Assembly: GCA_002726395.1 (NCBI GenBank)
Contig: PBTA01000046.1
Location: forward strand, 52,772 to 94,754
Direction: 5' to 3'
Length of the DNA stretch: 41,983 nt
Source of the DNA: Methanobacteriota archaeon
Lineage (GTDB): Archaea > Thermoplasmatota > Poseidoniia > Poseidoniales > Poseidoniaceae
Each line of letters begins with the position of its first letter. Position 1 is the stretch's first letter. The notes under the pieces are model-generated. The model was not told the DNA's origin and did no database searches. It worked only from the letters and a program-made list of their open reading frames with translations. Below, in pieces: positions 8,499 through 17,932 of the stretch. Made by a program: the position numbers and the translations under genes.

Positions 8499-11400
8499 GT
8501 GTATAGTATGCAGGAAGGGCACATGGCAAATTGTTTAGAAATTGCATTCAAACACAATATCCCCAAGCAACAGAGAAAAGCCAAAGTTGCTAAATCACCA
8601 GACTGGCAAATCATGGACAAAAGTTGGCGAAGCATTCTCACGATTGCTTTGGACGAGGTAGAAATTCCGGGTGATGATGAGGATAACAACACTTCTCGCT
8701 CAAGCAGGATGATGCGCCGCAGAGGGCGTGGTTCAGCAGGTAAATCGTCGTTAGACTGGTTGCCCAGTAGTGAAGAAATAACTTCAGACAGTTCTGAAAC
8801 AGCAGCCTATAGACTGGCAGTTTTATTAATTAATAAACAATTAAAGCGCGGGGAGTGGACTGATGATTTGTCCGCAGCTGAAAACGCCATACGCGAAACC
8901 TGTCTTACTAACGGAGTAGACAAGGTGTGGCATCAAATCGGTGAAAAAACCCCCCTACTTGCCCAGTTTATTGGTTTCCCCGTGGCTAAAAAGAAAGCTA
9001 AGAGCAAAAAGAAAGTATCACTATCTGTCGCCAAAATTGACATTTTTGACAACGAACAACTTGGTCAAGCAATATCTCAATTGTCTGTCCTTTGCGGTGA
9101 TGCAGCCCAACAAATTGCGATTCAAAAAATACAATCCCAAATTTCCTCCAGAAGAAGTATTGAGGCGGGGGAAAGTCTACTGTCCCTTACCGGTGATGCG
9201 TCAGTAATATCTGTAATACTTGCAATTGCTAGCGGCTTAAACTCACAAAAAGCGCTGAAAGAATTAGCTAAGAGCGATAAGGAATTAGCCGACCAATTCA
9301 TTGATCTTGTAGATTTAGTCAACGGTAAAGTAAATGATTGGAACAAGAGCATTAATGGCGGAGATGACGGGTTATCAAAAGCAAGAAGGAGATTTGCGTG
9401 GCTTAATTTTACCGATGAGGTTGAAAAATTATCACCTGGTGAAATTTTAGCCGGGATAGAACTGTTAGAGACAATTCCTAACTCACAATTGCAAGTTCAA
9501 AATTTGAAATGGATTCATTTATCTGCCTTAGCGGCAAGCGGTAAAAGCGAGGCTGCAGCAGATGCTTTAGTCACTTACAGCCTTGATAATGCGATAGATA
9601 TTGACAACCTATACCAATTAGTATCTCAATTAAATTCTCCAGCAGTAGAAGATTGGCTTAAGAGCCAGCTAAACGTTCTTGATGAAGGTGCATTAGTGTA
9701 TATAACTCAGCATAAAACCTCATCACTAGATTTGAAAAATGAATGCTTCAAGATGCTTCAAGACAGTGACGGAGAAGCATGGGAAGAATCAAGCATAGCA
9801 GCAATAGCAGTATTTGCTCAAAAACTCGAATTAAGAAGATTGAGTAAAATTTTGACAAATAACGATTTAGCACCTATGTCACATCCGCATGAAACCCTGT
9901 TATCGTATCACTTACTTGCTACCAATCAAGAGCATAACCTGTGGGAAAAGTCAACTCAGATGAGAAAACTTGCCCTAAACTCAATTCACAGTACCGCTTC
10001 GCCAGAGTATTTGTCTCCAATGTCACAGAGTTTAATCATGCTAATGGAAGGCAACAAAATAGATGATGAACACTTTACTGTACTTGGTAAGAAAGGCTAC
10101 CAAGCACTTAGGCAAGCTAGAAATGCATTGAAGCAAGGTGGTACAGGGATTACATCAAGAACTCACATCAATCATCTAACCAATAGTGTAGAAAAGGCAG
10201 ACTTAACCACCTTAGAATCTAATCTTCTGATGGCCTTAATTTCAACATTGAAATTAAATCAGGCAACGATTTCATTACAACATGGTGATGCTGATGAAGA
10301 AATATTTGCCACCTTAAACAGTTTAGTTATTGGGTCTGAAATTCCTACTAGATTTATTCGTGCAATTCGTCAATTAGTCTTCAATCATGATATTGGCTTA
10401 GAACAACTGGTCACCTGGTATCAACAAAACGATCCATTATCTCCTTGGCATACTTTGTCTAGAGCAGCGTTATTTGCGCAAAACAATGAGGAGCTGAATG
10501 CTGCAAGAGAGTACCGCAGAGCCGCAGAAAGTGAAGAATACGACTATGAACATTCAATGATTCTTTACCGTAAATCAATCATTCATCTTGCTCATGCCGA
10601 GCAATGGAAAGAAGCCGTTGAACTATTAGATACCAAACCCGCGTTGCGTACTGCAATAACCAAACGCTTCCAACTTTATCTCAAAGTCTCATTTACTGCA
10701 AGCAATCAAAAAACCAATGAAGCAACACAGTTATTGAAAGACTTTGTTCGCTATTCAAAAGAAGTCGAGGAAGAAAACCTTGACGGAGAAATGGAAACAA
10801 AAACCATCACATTCTTTGCCGAAGATGAACTAGATACGTTGAGAAATTATCCGTTTGAACATTCAAGAGAATTGCCCGGCGATCCGTTTTTGGGGCGCGT
10901 TACTGCAGCACTAAATGCGATTCAACGCAACAAGCGACGTAATCGACATAGTTTTGATAACAGATTCCGCAATGAAATGCAGCAAAATCCGCCGACGATA
11001 ATGGCGATTTATGATATCGCTCGGGACGCTGCTGAAAAGATACCTATTGAAGGTCTAACCTATCTTGAGAGGGCGCAGAATTCTGGTAAATTCAAGCCAT
11101 CAGAAATGAAGACATTATTTGACGCTGAAAGAGCACTATTTGCTACACATAAGTTACAAATTCCTAATTCGTCAAGACGTTATCTTAAGAATTTAGCATT
11201 GCCTCCGTTGGTAGTTGTAGATACTAACATCCTAGTGGATGCATTGGTGGATAAAATTGCCCACAATCTTGAGTTAGCTAGTGAAACAAGTCTAGACTTG
11301 TTTGAGCATGATAACTTCCACAAAGTGCTCAAAAGCCGTGCAGATGCAGGGAGAATCAATCTTTGGCTACCTTCCATAGTGAAACAAGAACTTACTGAAC

Positions 11401-11891
11401 TAAGTAAACGCCACGGCAAATTAAAAGCTAAATTTAGTTCTTCTTTAGTTAAGCCAGAAGTGCTTGAGTCAGTGCTTGATGACGCTAAAATTGCTAAATT
11501 AGTTGATGAAATAATTTCAGAGTATAGCCGCTGGAAACCACTTGATATCCATACTGAAAGAGACGCCATGGACGAACAATCAGATCAGGAAATCAGCCAC
11601 TTCTTAGCCGAATTTTCGGAAATATATGATGAATTAACCGATATGAAATTAAGAAGAGATCCTAAACAAAACCGTACAGAAATTAACGGCAAGGCAATCT
11701 TCCCAGAACCAGCAGACCGTGAAATTATGGCAATTTGCCGAAACTTAGCGTCTCAGTCCTTAGAAGGATTAGGCAGTATTTTGGTAGCAACTAGGGATGG
11801 AGATTTTACTTTGACCGCAAGAGCCTTTGAAGAAAGGTTTGGCTATGGAATAATCAAGAATAGTAAGATGCTAAACTCCTGGTTAAACTAA
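8499..11891 (+). CDS. Large (about 1,130 aa) helical-repeat protein with a C-terminal PIN-domain nuclease
   Basis: A 3.4-kb uninterrupted ORF. Candidate starts are GTG 8499, ATG 8508 and ATG 8523. The C-terminal ~230 aa carry a PIN acidic tetrad: D908 in 'LVVVDTNILVD' (nt 11220), E964 in 'LPSIVKQELTEL' (11388), D1073 in 'PEPADREIM' (11715) and D1100/D1102 in 'VATRDGDF' (11796/11802). The N-terminal ~900 aa look all-helical and TPR-like, with charged patches ('MMRRRGRGS', 'KKKAKSKKK'). Confidence 0.85.
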   Translation: MYSMQEGHMANCLEIAFKHNIPKQQRKAKVAKSPDWQIMDKSWRSILTIALDEVEIPGDDEDNNTSRSSRMMRRRGRGSAGKSSLDWLPSSEEITSDSSETAAYRLAVLLINKQLKRGEWTDDLSAAENAIRETCLTNGVDKVWHQIGEKTPLLAQFIGFPVAKKKAKSKKKVSLSVAKIDIFDNEQLGQAISQLSVLCGDAAQQIAIQKIQSQISSRRSIEAGESLLSLTGDASVISVILAIASGLNSQKALKELAKSDKELADQFIDLVDLVNGKVNDWNKSINGGDDGLSKARRRFAWLNFTDEVEKLSPGEILAGIELLETIPNSQLQVQNLKWIHLSALAASGKSEAAADALVTYSLDNAIDIDNLYQLVSQLNSPAVEDWLKSQLNVLDEGALVYITQHKTSSLDLKNECFKMLQDSDGEAWEESSIAAIAVFAQKLELRRLSKILTNNDLAPMSHPHETLLSYHLLATNQEHNLWEKSTQMRKLALNSIHSTASPEYLSPMSQSLIMLMEGNKIDDEHFTVLGKKGYQALRQARNALKQGGTGITSRTHINHLTNSVEKADLTTLESNLLMALISTLKLNQATISLQHGDADEEIFATLNSLVIGSEIPTRFIRAIRQLVFNHDIGLEQLVTWYQQNDPLSPWHTLSRAALFAQNNEELNAAREYRRAAESEEYDYEHSMILYRKSIIHLAHAEQWKEAVELLDTKPALRTAITKRFQLYLKVSFTASNQKTNEATQLLKDFVRYSKEVEEENLDGEMETKTITFFAEDELDTLRNYPFEHSRELPGDPFLGRVTAALNAIQRNKRRNRHSFDNRFRNEMQQNPPTIMAIYDIARDAAEKIPIEGLTYLERAQNSGKFKPSEMKTLFDAERALFATHKLQIPNSSRRYLKNLALPPLVVVDTNILVDALVDKIAHNLELASETSLDLFEHDNFHKVLKSRADAGRINLWLPSIVKQELTELSKRHGKLKAKFSSSLVKPEVLESVLDDAKIAKLVDEIISEYSRWKPLDIHTERDAMDEQSDQEISHFLAEFSEIYDELTDMKLRRDPKQNRTEINGKAIFPEPADREIMAICRNLASQSLEGLGSILVATRDGDFTLTARAFEERFGYGIIKNSKMLNSWLN

Positions 11892-11893
11892 AC

Positions 11894-12559
11894 CTAGTTT
11901 CTCCATGCTGCATAATATCTTGTAACGTCTTTCGATTCTTGGTAGGAAAATTGAGTAAAGCCGTGCAGTTTTAGACTGCGAAATGAGTCTTTTAACCAAA
12001 CTTCTTTCAGCGGCCAAGGAGGTGATTGTATCATTTGTCCACCGTTATCCAAGCGTCCAATGCACAATAAAAACCCTTCTTTATCGAGTAATTTTGGTAA
12101 ATTTTTAGCCGCAAGTTCTCTTATTCCGCCATCTGGTATTGCTTGCAAAATATGAATTTCAACAACCAAGTCAAATTGTTCAAGCCATTGCTGTGGGGGC
12201 TCGAGGATATCAGCAACTTGCCAATCTACTGAGGACTCAGGAAATCGTTCTTTACACCAATCAATGCATTGCTGTGAAATATCAAAAGCGGTTACCTGGA
12301 AGCCAAGTTCTTCTAAACCTACGGCATCATCACCAAGTCCACAACCAACAATTAACGCTTTACCACTAGAGTGATTTCCTTTTACCCAATCCATCATTAT
12401 CGGATTAGGTGACATTCTTGCCCAAGGAATCATTGACGAATCTCTGTTAGCCAAATCATATAATTCATCAAACCAAGCAATAGGATCATCATTTATTGCG
12501 GCCTTTGCCGTAGAAATTAATTCTTCACGCTCAATTTCGGTCATATCACTCATAATCAT
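11894..12559 (-). CDS. Class I SAM-dependent methyltransferase (TPMT-like)
   Basis: SAM motif I is 'GKALIVGCGLGDDAVGLEELGFQVTAFDIS'. Its ATG (12559-12557) shares one nucleotide with the icd TGA (12561-12559). Confidence 0.85.
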   Translation of the reverse strand: MIMSDMTEIEREELISTAKAAINDDPIAWFDELYDLANRDSSMIPWARMSPNPIMMDWVKGNHSSGKALIVGCGLGDDAVGLEELGFQVTAFDISQQCIDWCKERFPESSVDWQVADILEPPQQWLEQFDLVVEIHILQAIPDGGIRELAAKNLPKLLDKEGFLLCIGRLDNGGQMIQSPPWPLKEVWLKDSFRSLKLHGFTQFSYQESKDVTRYYAAWRN

Positions 12560-13785
12560 CACATGTATGAGATGATTGCATCACCAAACTCGCTACACTT
12601 CAGCAACTTTGCATCGTCCATTAATCTTTCAAAGTCATAGGTAACTGTCTTAGCCGAAATTGCGCCTTCCATTCCTTTGACAATTAGGTCCGCAGCTGCA
12701 GCCCAGCCCATGTGTCTTAGCATCATTTCAGCGCTCAATATAACGCTTCCAGGATTTACTTTATCTTGTCCTGCATATTTTGGTGCAGTTCCGTGAGTTG
12801 CTTCAAAGATAGCAATTCCTGTATCATAATTGATGTTAGCACCAGGCGCAATACCAATTCCACCAACTTGAGCAGCTAATGCATCGGAAATGTAATCACC
12901 GTTAAGATTCATTGTAGCCAGTACAGAATACTCTGCCGGTCTTAGAATAATCTGTTGTAACATTGCATCAGCAATAACATCTTTAATGATGATTTCATTG
13001 CCAGTATGTGGATTTTTCATTGTACACCAAGGGCCGCCATCCAGTTCAGTAGCGCCAAATTCTTGCTTGGCTAATTCATAGCCCCAATCTCTAAATCCAC
13101 CTTCAGTGAATTTCATGATATTTCCTTTGTGCACTAGAGTTACCGTATCCTTATCGTTGTCAACAGCATATTTTAGCGCAGCCCGGACGATTCTTGCAGT
13201 TCCTTCTTGAGATATCGGTTTGATTCCTATCCCTGAGGTATTGGGGAATCTAATCTTATCAACGCCCATCTCATTTTGCAAGAAATCAATAACCTTAGCA
13301 ACTCCTTCAGTGCCTGCCTCCCATTCAATTCCGGCATAAACATCCTCACTGTTTTCACGGAAAATAATCATGTCAACATCTTGTGGTGCTTTAACTGGAG
13401 AAGGAGTGCCGTCATACCATCTAACTGGTCTTACGCAAGCGAATAAGTCCAACTTTTGTCGCAACGCAACGTTGAGTGAACGAATTCCTCCGCCAACAGG
13501 TGTTGTCAGTGGTCCTTTGATAGAGACCAATCCTGACCTCATAGCGTCTAGTGTTTCTTCAGGTAACCACTGACCAGTTTGATTGAATGCCTTTTCTCCA
13601 GCAAGCACCTCACTCCAATGAATCTGCTTTTCACCAGAATATGCTTTACTGACCGCAGCATCGACGACTTTTATCATAACTGGGCTGATATCAACACCAA
13701 TTCCATCACCTTCAATAAAGTGTATTGTAGGATTATCAGGCACATTCAGCAAGCCATTGTTAAGGGTAATAGTCTCTCCAGTCAT
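12559..13785 (-). CDS. icd: Isocitrate dehydrogenase (NADP)
   Basis: '[25 protein letters not shown]', '[20 protein letters not shown]' and '[26 protein letters not shown]' are prokaryotic ICDH signatures. The ATG at 13785 ('MTGETITL') aligns with the start of homologues. The track start at 13794 is a TTG. Confidence 0.95.
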   Translation of the reverse strand: MTGETITLNNGLLNVPDNPTIHFIEGDGIGVDISPVMIKVVDAAVSKAYSGEKQIHWSEVLAGEKAFNQTGQWLPEETLDAMRSGLVSIKGPLTTPVGGGIRSLNVALRQKLDLFACVRPVRWYDGTPSPVKAPQDVDMIIFRENSEDVYAGIEWEAGTEGVAKVIDFLQNEMGVDKIRFPNTSGIGIKPISQEGTARIVRAALKYAVDNDKDTVTLVHKGNIMKFTEGGFRDWGYELAKQEFGATELDGGPWCTMKNPHTGNEIIIKDVIADAMLQQIILRPAEYSVLATMNLNGDYISDALAAQVGGIGIAPGANINYDTGIAIFEATHGTAPKYAGQDKVNPGSVILSAEMMLRHMGWAAAADLIVKGMEGAISAKTVTYDFERLMDDAKLLKCSEFGDAIISYM

Positions 13786-13843
13786 TCCAATCAATACGTC
13801 CGAGAGGCATTTCCTTCAAGAATGAACCGCCCATAGGCGCGTC

Positions 13844-14236
13844 ATGTTCGGCCGCGTTGAGTGGAAAGGTGAAAGTAAAGTCGATTGTTTTAATGAAGCG
13901 GGAGATTGTATAGAAATCGACTGGGATAATGGTCCTACACCGGTGCAAATAGTGTTGCAGATGATCGGTGCATGCTCTTTAGCGGATATTCAAACCGGAT
14001 TGAAAGATCGCGAAATATCACGAATTTATATTGAACTATCAGGGCAAAGAAAAACCGAAGCACCAAAAGTGTTCACCGCAATTGAAATGAATTATTTCAT
14101 TGAGGGCGATGCACCAAAGAGACTTGCTAGAAAATTGGTTGAAAAGAGCCATGAGAAATACTGTACAGTATCAAATATGTTCAAATCGACGGTGGATATT
14201 TCTTCAAACGTTTTTGTTAATGGTGAAACTTGTTGA
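13844..14236 (+). CDS. OsmC/Ohr-family peroxiredoxin-like protein
   Basis: The two conserved Cys contexts 'IGACSLADI' and 'HEKYCTVSNM' are typical of the OsmC family. Confidence 0.82.
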   Translation: MFGRVEWKGESKVDCFNEAGDCIEIDWDNGPTPVQIVLQMIGACSLADIQTGLKDREISRIYIELSGQRKTEAPKVFTAIEMNYFIEGDAPKRLARKLVEKSHEKYCTVSNMFKSTVDISSNVFVNGETC

Positions 14237-14833
14237 GGAAAGTGCCTGCATTGCTTTTGCTAACATATCACGTAGTGCCTCATATAGCGGTATCCAACTA
14301 CTTGGGATAGTTTTAGGCGCTGGCTCTATCATTAGTGAGTTATTTTCACTGCGAACCTTAGCGAATGGTCTTAGTGGTCCTGAACCATCAACTTCGATTA
14401 TTACAGACAATTCATATTCCTCATCACTCTTACTTACTCTAGCGGTCTCTAAATTGAATTTGGCCTTAGTAGGGATTTTACTGATTATGGAATCTTGGTC
14501 TAGTGAGTGCAACTCTTTCTTTACTAAGACTTCTAATAATTCGGTGATTGTTTCATCTGAAATGGTAGTCACTTGAGTTTCAATTACCGTCTCATTGTGT
14601 GCAGCATTGATTTGCTGGACTTCCTCTTGAGGCTCTGATTCATCGTCTTGTGCCAGCAATATAGCTAGGTTTTCACTTTGGAAATCTTGGCTCGATTTTA
14701 CGGCAGCAGGGCGGTTATTGACAACGCCTAGTTCAGCAAAAATATCGATGTCATCTTCCTCAAATGAGTTGGGCAAAACAAAGGCTTCTTCTTGAAACAT
14801 TAAACTAAACTTAAATTTCATTATACTTAACAT
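14204..14833 (-). CDS. Hypothetical acidic protein (about 210 aa)
   Basis: Long ORF with an Asp/Glu-rich N-half and no recognisable motif. The track start at 14863 is a GTG; ATG candidates are at 14833, 14821 and 14800. The 3' end overlaps the OsmC gene by 33 nt (convergent). Confidence 0.5.
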   Translation of the reverse strand: MLSIMKFKFSLMFQEEAFVLPNSFEEDDIDIFAELGVVNNRPAAVKSSQDFQSENLAILLAQDDESEPQEEVQQINAAHNETVIETQVTTISDETITELLEVLVKKELHSLDQDSIISKIPTKAKFNLETARVSKSDEEYELSVIIEVDGSGPLRPFAKVRSENNSLMIEPAPKTIPSSWIPLYEALRDMLAKAMQALSSTSFTINKNV

Positions 14834-14923
14834 AATGTTCCTCACTGTCGCGTTTTGCGTCACGATACTTTAATTTGGTAAGAATATGATAAGTGTCAAA
14901 GGTGGTGACATTTTGGGCGAAGC

Positions 14924-15556
14924 GTGGCTACTAGATTGCCAAGGGTAATTGCGATAATTTTCTTGTTCGCAGTATTAATTCTATTACCAGTCCACAACGT
15001 GGATGGGTTTCCCAACGGAGTTGGAGATATTGGCGAGCAAGGATGTCTTTGTCATGGGGCTGAAAATGACTTGACCTCAGTGGAAATAGTAGGATTGCCA
15101 GATAAGTTTGAATCAAACACAACTTATTTTCTGCAATTAATTGTTGATAATCCTGAAATCGATGTTAATACAAGTTCTGCCCATGGCGGCTTTAGACTCG
15201 TTGTTTCCTCCGGAATCATTTCGTTTAATGAGACAAATAAGAGCCAAATAATCGGTGACGGTTGGACGCACACAGAGCTTGGCAACCAGCAAAGATCTTG
15301 GAACCTTACTTGGCAATCACCGGCAGATAATACCTCATTAACTGCCCTAACACTATACGGCAATGCCGTTAACGGTAATGGTGAATTTACCGGAGATGGT
15401 TGGAATAAAATCAAGATATATGTTTCAGGGGTTGAAAATTACAATACCTTTGAGCAACCTAACGCTAATCACGAACTTGATGTATTTGACAAAGTAATGT
15501 TGGGACTAGGGTTACTAGTCTTGCTTTACATATCGGTTAAGGTAGTCAAGGATTAG
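14924..15556 (+). CDS. Secreted Reeler/DOMON-like beta-sandwich protein with a C-terminal TM anchor
   Basis: GTG start. The signal/anchor sequence is 'VIAIIFLFAVLILLP'. 'CLCHG...HGGFRLVV...NLTWQSPADNTSLTALTLYGNAVNGNG' resembles the Reeler/DOMON layout (weak recall). Several N-x-S/T sequons are present. The C-terminal helix is 'VMLGLGLLVLLYISVKVVKD'. Confidence 0.55.
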   Translation: MATRLPRVIAIIFLFAVLILLPVHNVDGFPNGVGDIGEQGCLCHGAENDLTSVEIVGLPDKFESNTTYFLQLIVDNPEIDVNTSSAHGGFRLVVSSGIISFNETNKSQIIGDGWTHTELGNQQRSWNLTWQSPADNTSLTALTLYGNAVNGNGEFTGDGWNKIKIYVSGVENYNTFEQPNANHELDVFDKVMLGLGLLVLLYISVKVVKD

Positions 15557-16683
15557 TTAACAAATTCAATACTTTTGTTTCTAAGGGCTCTTAGTTGACG
15601 GTTTTCGCTTGATCCGTGTATTTGTTCACTCTTCACTCCAGTTAGAACAAGCATTACTCTAATTTCGTCACCTAGGTCTTGGTCAACAGCCGCCCCCCAA
15701 ATTATCTTGGCATGTGGCGATATTCGTTCTTGAATTATCTGAGCACACTTTTCGGCTTCACCCAATGTCAAATTAGGTCCACCAACCACATTGATTAGAG
15801 CACCACGAGCATCAGTAGTGTCAAGCTCAAGTAGCGGAGAATGTAATGCTTCTAGAGTGGCTTCTTCGGCTCTATTTGTTGCTGAAGAAGCGCCAAGACC
15901 AATCATGGCAACACCGCTACCAGATTTGATAACAGCCTTCAAATCTTCAAAGTCAAGATTAACCATGCCATCAGTGGTTAGAAGCTCAGTTACTCCGGTA
16001 ATTGACCGAACAAGTAATTCATCACCAACTCTAAACGCACTAGCGATTGGTAAATCTTTGACACCATCAATTTCCAGTAGGCGTTCGTTGGGTATTACCA
16101 ATATTGTATCACAATGCTCTCTAAGTCTTTCCAAACCCCATTCGGCGTTTTGTTTCCTAAGAGATCCTTCTGATTTAAACGGATAAGTAACTACGGCAAT
16201 TGTCATTGCACCTTGTTGCTTTGCTAATCTAGCAATATGCCCGGCAGCGCCAGTACCAGAACCACCACCCATGCCAGCAGTAATGATTGCAAGTTGTGTA
16301 TCATTGGTAATTCTTCGAAGCACCATTTCAGATTCTAGGGCAGCAGCTTCACCTTTACTTGGATCGCCTCCAGCACCTCTACCTCGAGCAGTTCTGCCAA
16401 TCAATACCTTTTCTTCTAATGGCGACATCAAAAGAGCTTGAGCATCAGTATTAATTGCATAACCTGTCACGTAACTGCTTTCGAATAGACCTTCTTCTGC
16501 TAATCGACTAATTGCGTTACATCCAGCACCGCCGGCGCCATAAACTCGGATACGTGGTTGTAGCGATTCTAGCAGTGCCTTCAGTTCTTCTTCGTTACCT
16601 TGGCCAGGAGGGACTTCACTTGGAGACACCCTAACTTGCTCTTCTTCACTTAACTCTAAAACGCGGTCAATTAAATGGCGCAT
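15553..16683 (-). CDS. ftsZ: Cell division GTPase FtsZ
   Basis: 'VYGAGGAGCNAISRL' and the tubulin signature 'GMGGGSGTGAAGHIARLAK' are present. The ATG at 16683 is preferred over the track's TTG at 16701. The stop overlaps the convergent gene by 4 nt. Confidence 0.95.
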   Translation of the reverse strand: MRHLIDRVLELSEEEQVRVSPSEVPPGQGNEEELKALLESLQPRIRVYGAGGAGCNAISRLAEEGLFESSYVTGYAINTDAQALLMSPLEEKVLIGRTARGRGAGGDPSKGEAAALESEMVLRRITNDTQLAIITAGMGGGSGTGAAGHIARLAKQQGAMTIAVVTYPFKSEGSLRKQNAEWGLERLREHCDTILVIPNERLLEIDGVKDLPIASAFRVGDELLVRSITGVTELLTTDGMVNLDFEDLKAVIKSGSGVAMIGLGASSATNRAEEATLEALHSPLLELDTTDARGALINVVGGPNLTLGEAEKCAQIIQERISPHAKIIWGAAVDQDLGDEIRVMLVLTGVKSEQIHGSSENRQLRALRNKSIEFVN

Positions 16684-16771
16684 GTTAGCAAGATTGTCCA
16701 AGCATCTTTGAAGGTGCCGACTGATTTTCCGCTAAAATAGCCTATTTGTCTACCTTAGTGATTTTGCCAAT

Positions 16772-17809
16772 TCAATCTTTGAGTCCTTCTTCAGTTACTT
16801 GATAGACGCACTCGCCGTCAGGTAAGTTTGGTGAATCTACTAGTCTGGCTATTCTTCTGCCACCCTTAGCTTTCCTCAAATATAGTCTGAATGTACTTGC
16901 GTGTGCAAGAACGTGACCACCAACTGGTTTTGTTGGATCTCCCCACATAGCATCTGGTTTCGAGTGAACTTGGTTGGTCACTAAAACCAAAGCGTTGTTA
17001 ATATCTGCCAGCTGTTTTAGTTCTTTCAAGTGCTTGTTTAATTTTTGCTGCCTGTTGGCTAGCATTCCACGACCAATGAACTCAGCTCTAAAGTGGCTAG
17101 TTAACGAATCAACAATAATCATCTTGACGTTCAAACCCTTCCCCACTCTCTTGATTTCATCCACTAGCAACATTTGGTGAGCCGAATTGTAGGCTCTAGC
17201 TACGTGAATTCTAGCAAGAACTTGGTCAGGATCCAAGCCTTGGCCTCTTGCCATTTGAGTAATTCTCTCAGGTCTGAAAGTATCTTCGGTATCGATGTAG
17301 AAAACGTCACCATCAAATCCACCTTCACTGACAGGTAATGTGCAATTTACTGCTAATTGATGGCCAATTTGGGTTTTCCCACTACCAAATGCTCCGTAGA
17401 CCTCTACTAGTGCTTGAGTTTCAAATCCTCCGCCAAGTAAATCATCAATTGATTGAACTTTTGCCGATAACTTTTGAACCTCTTTTCGTCGTTCTAATAA
17501 GTCTCCACCAGATACGAAACCACCAATATTTGCCATCTTTTTAGCCGCTGCAATAATTTTTCCAGCTACCGATTCGCCAATTTCTGCTTGTTCTGCTAGG
17601 TCAGCAGGCGACATTACCGCTAAAGATAGTAAGTCATCAAATCCAGCCTCACGCAGCTTCTCTGCGGTTGCTGGGCCTACGCCTGGTAAATCATCAATTT
17701 TGACTTCAGGTGCATCATCGTCTAACGCCATCATTAACACCGTGTCCTCTTGAGGGTCTTCATTCTTTTCAATTTCAATCTTGGTTTTTTTCTTCGCTTT
17801 GGTCGCCAT
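16772..17809 (-). CDS. radA: DNA repair and recombination protein RadA
   Basis: The N-terminal HhH is '[20 protein letters not shown]'. Walker A is 'GAFGSGKTQ'. '[15 protein letters not shown]' and '[14 protein letters not shown]' match the RadA/Rad51 core. There is a Lys-rich N-terminal tail, '[15 protein letters not shown]'. Confidence 0.96.
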   Translation of the reverse strand: MATKAKKKTKIEIEKNEDPQEDTVLMMALDDDAPEVKIDDLPGVGPATAEKLREAGFDDLLSLAVMSPADLAEQAEIGESVAGKIIAAAKKMANIGGFVSGGDLLERRKEVQKLSAKVQSIDDLLGGGFETQALVEVYGAFGSGKTQIGHQLAVNCTLPVSEGGFDGDVFYIDTEDTFRPERITQMARGQGLDPDQVLARIHVARAYNSAHQMLLVDEIKRVGKGLNVKMIIVDSLTSHFRAEFIGRGMLANRQQKLNKHLKELKQLADINNALVLVTNQVHSKPDAMWGDPTKPVGGHVLAHASTFRLYLRKAKGGRRIARLVDSPNLPDGECVYQVTEEGLKD

Positions 17810-17932
17810 CCTTTCACTTCCAACCTATACCATCGGGCTGGGGTATATGAATAGATTAAACACTCATGATTCCTCAAAACAGCCATATATTGTTGACTAA
17901 TCGCATGATTAAAGTCAATATTTTAGTTTAAC

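Noticed and set aside
8474-8692. 72-aa minus-strand ORF overlapping the 5' end of the PIN gene.
   Set aside because: It lies antisense to the start of a 3.4-kb ORF. Its product is Ser/Leu/Cys-rich and non-protein-like, and it has no start context.
11885-11900. A 6-bp AT-rich hairpin ('aaacta aacc tagttt') spanning the stop codons of the convergent PIN and methyltransferase genes, considered as a bidirectional terminator.
   Set aside because: The stem is short and AT-only, so predicted stability is marginal. It is not reported as a feature.
14100-14576. 158-aa plus-strand ORF overlapping the OsmC 3' end (different frame) and antisense to the acidic orphan.
   Set aside because: It starts inside the well-supported OsmC gene in another frame. 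Its product is Ser/Leu/Ile-rich and looks non-protein-like. It is most likely a shadow ORF of the minus-strand acidic gene, but neither strand could be tested statistically here.
15035-15052. A c-type heme-binding site in the Reeler-like protein ('GCLCHG').
   Set aside because: The motif is C-x-C-H, not C-x-x-C-H, and I know of no c-type heme attachment site with a single spacer residue. It is kept only as a possible metal-ligand observation.
15791-16186. 131-aa ORF antisense to ftsZ. Similar long antisense ORFs occur inside pus10 (38351-38806, 39470-39817), DUF655 (36680-37072), the PIN gene (11180-11569), pgk, xseA and the RND exporter.
   Set aside because: All of them lie entirely within genes that have unambiguous conserved motifs on the opposite strand. 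Their products are Ser/Leu/Arg-rich with no motifs, so they are shadow ORFs.
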